Assembly: GCA_965220375.1 (NCBI GenBank)
Contig: OZ244824.1
Location: 1,864,406-1,928,405 of the forward strand
Length of the DNA stretch: 64,000 bases
Direction: 5' to 3'
From: Dehalococcoidia bacterium
GTDB lineage: Bacteria; Chloroflexota; Dehalococcoidia; Lucifugimonadales; JAGWBF01
The notes under the pieces were generated by a model. That model was not told where the DNA came from. It made no database searches and worked only from the letters and a program-made list of their open reading frames with translations. Of this stretch, positions 63,690-64,000 are shown piece by piece; position 1 is the first letter of the stretch; each line of letters starts with the position of its first letter. A program made the translations under genes and the position numbers.

Positions 63690-64000
63690 ACGGGATTGCC
63701 CCATGTCCGTTCCTCATTCGACTCGGCGGTGTCCGTTCGCCCCCTCCCCATATTCCTGTTGGCCCCTCCACGCGGCTGTGTCCGTTCGTCCTGAGCTTGT
63801 CGAAGGACCCTTCGCCCCGGCTCAGAACAGGGCCGGATACACGCCAGGCCCTTCGAGGTAGCTCGGACATGCCCTTCGGCTTCCCGGTGTCCTCCGTTGC
63901 TGCTTCGAGTGCCTCAGCACGAACGGAGGACGATGGACCTGGGGGCCGTCTCAAGACATGCCCCTACTCCCCCTCCGTTCGTCTTTTCACGCGGCTATGT
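63690..64000. repeat. repeat island C (continues beyond the right edge)
   Basis: The same modules recur: GTCCGTTCGTCCTGAGCTTGTCGAAGGACCCTTCGCCCCGGCTCAGAACAGGGCCGGATACAC and GTTGCTGCTTCGAGTGCCTCAGCACGAACGGAGG. Confidence 0.85.

Overview
GC-rich (about 60%) bacterial chromosomal segment. I call about 57 protein genes, 8 tRNAs in four pairs, several sigma70-type promoters (TTGACA-N17-TAnnnT) and several clean intrinsic terminators. There is no rRNA, CRISPR array, transposase, integrase or prophage. Taxonomy is only a guess: a Chloroflexota-like or other monoderm-type lineage, based on the GAAC-N4-GTTC LexA box, the expanded amidohydrolase paralogs and the eukaryote-like surface proteins.

Left two thirds, mostly housekeeping and metabolism:
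- thiL (partial), Opp/Dpp-type ABC ATPases, lepA, aldehyde dehydrogenase, speH-speE.
- A cell-envelope cluster: flippase-like protein, UbiA-type DPPR synthase, YvcK-like protein, epimerase, UDP-sugar dehydrogenase.
- GGT, RidA, GlcG, DJ-1, MetE-like and PhzF-like genes.
- Four tandem amidohydrolase-2 paralogs.
- A LexA-box-controlled imuB-dnaE2 mutagenesis cassette.
- Opp/Dpp-type permeases, a CocE/NonD hydrolase, and a three-gene SdhA-SdhB-HdrB-like (type-E-like) succinate dehydrogenase.
- pepA, DegV, PadR, and a tightly packed nrdJ-pdxA-proC-yggT block.

The most unusual part is 54-64 kb:
- Three islands totalling about 4 kb are a dense, modular mosaic of short hairpin-forming repeats built around the heptamer CCGTTCG and the palindromic core GTCCTGAGCTTGTCGAAGGAC.
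- The repeats surround nrdR, separate it by 1.1 kb from nrdJ, and displace the NrdR-box promoter about 350 bp from nrdR.
- They also flank a two-gene surface-protein operon and enclose a small GIY-YIG nuclease gene. The operon encodes a 1008-aa cadherin-repeat protein with an EF-hand/dockerin-like tail and a membrane-anchored collagen-triple-helix protein.
- nrdJ itself carries ten in-frame copies of a 24-bp repeat that encode a His-containing octapeptide, (T/A)EHGNSPG.

All functional calls rest on motif recognition by eye. No database search was possible.
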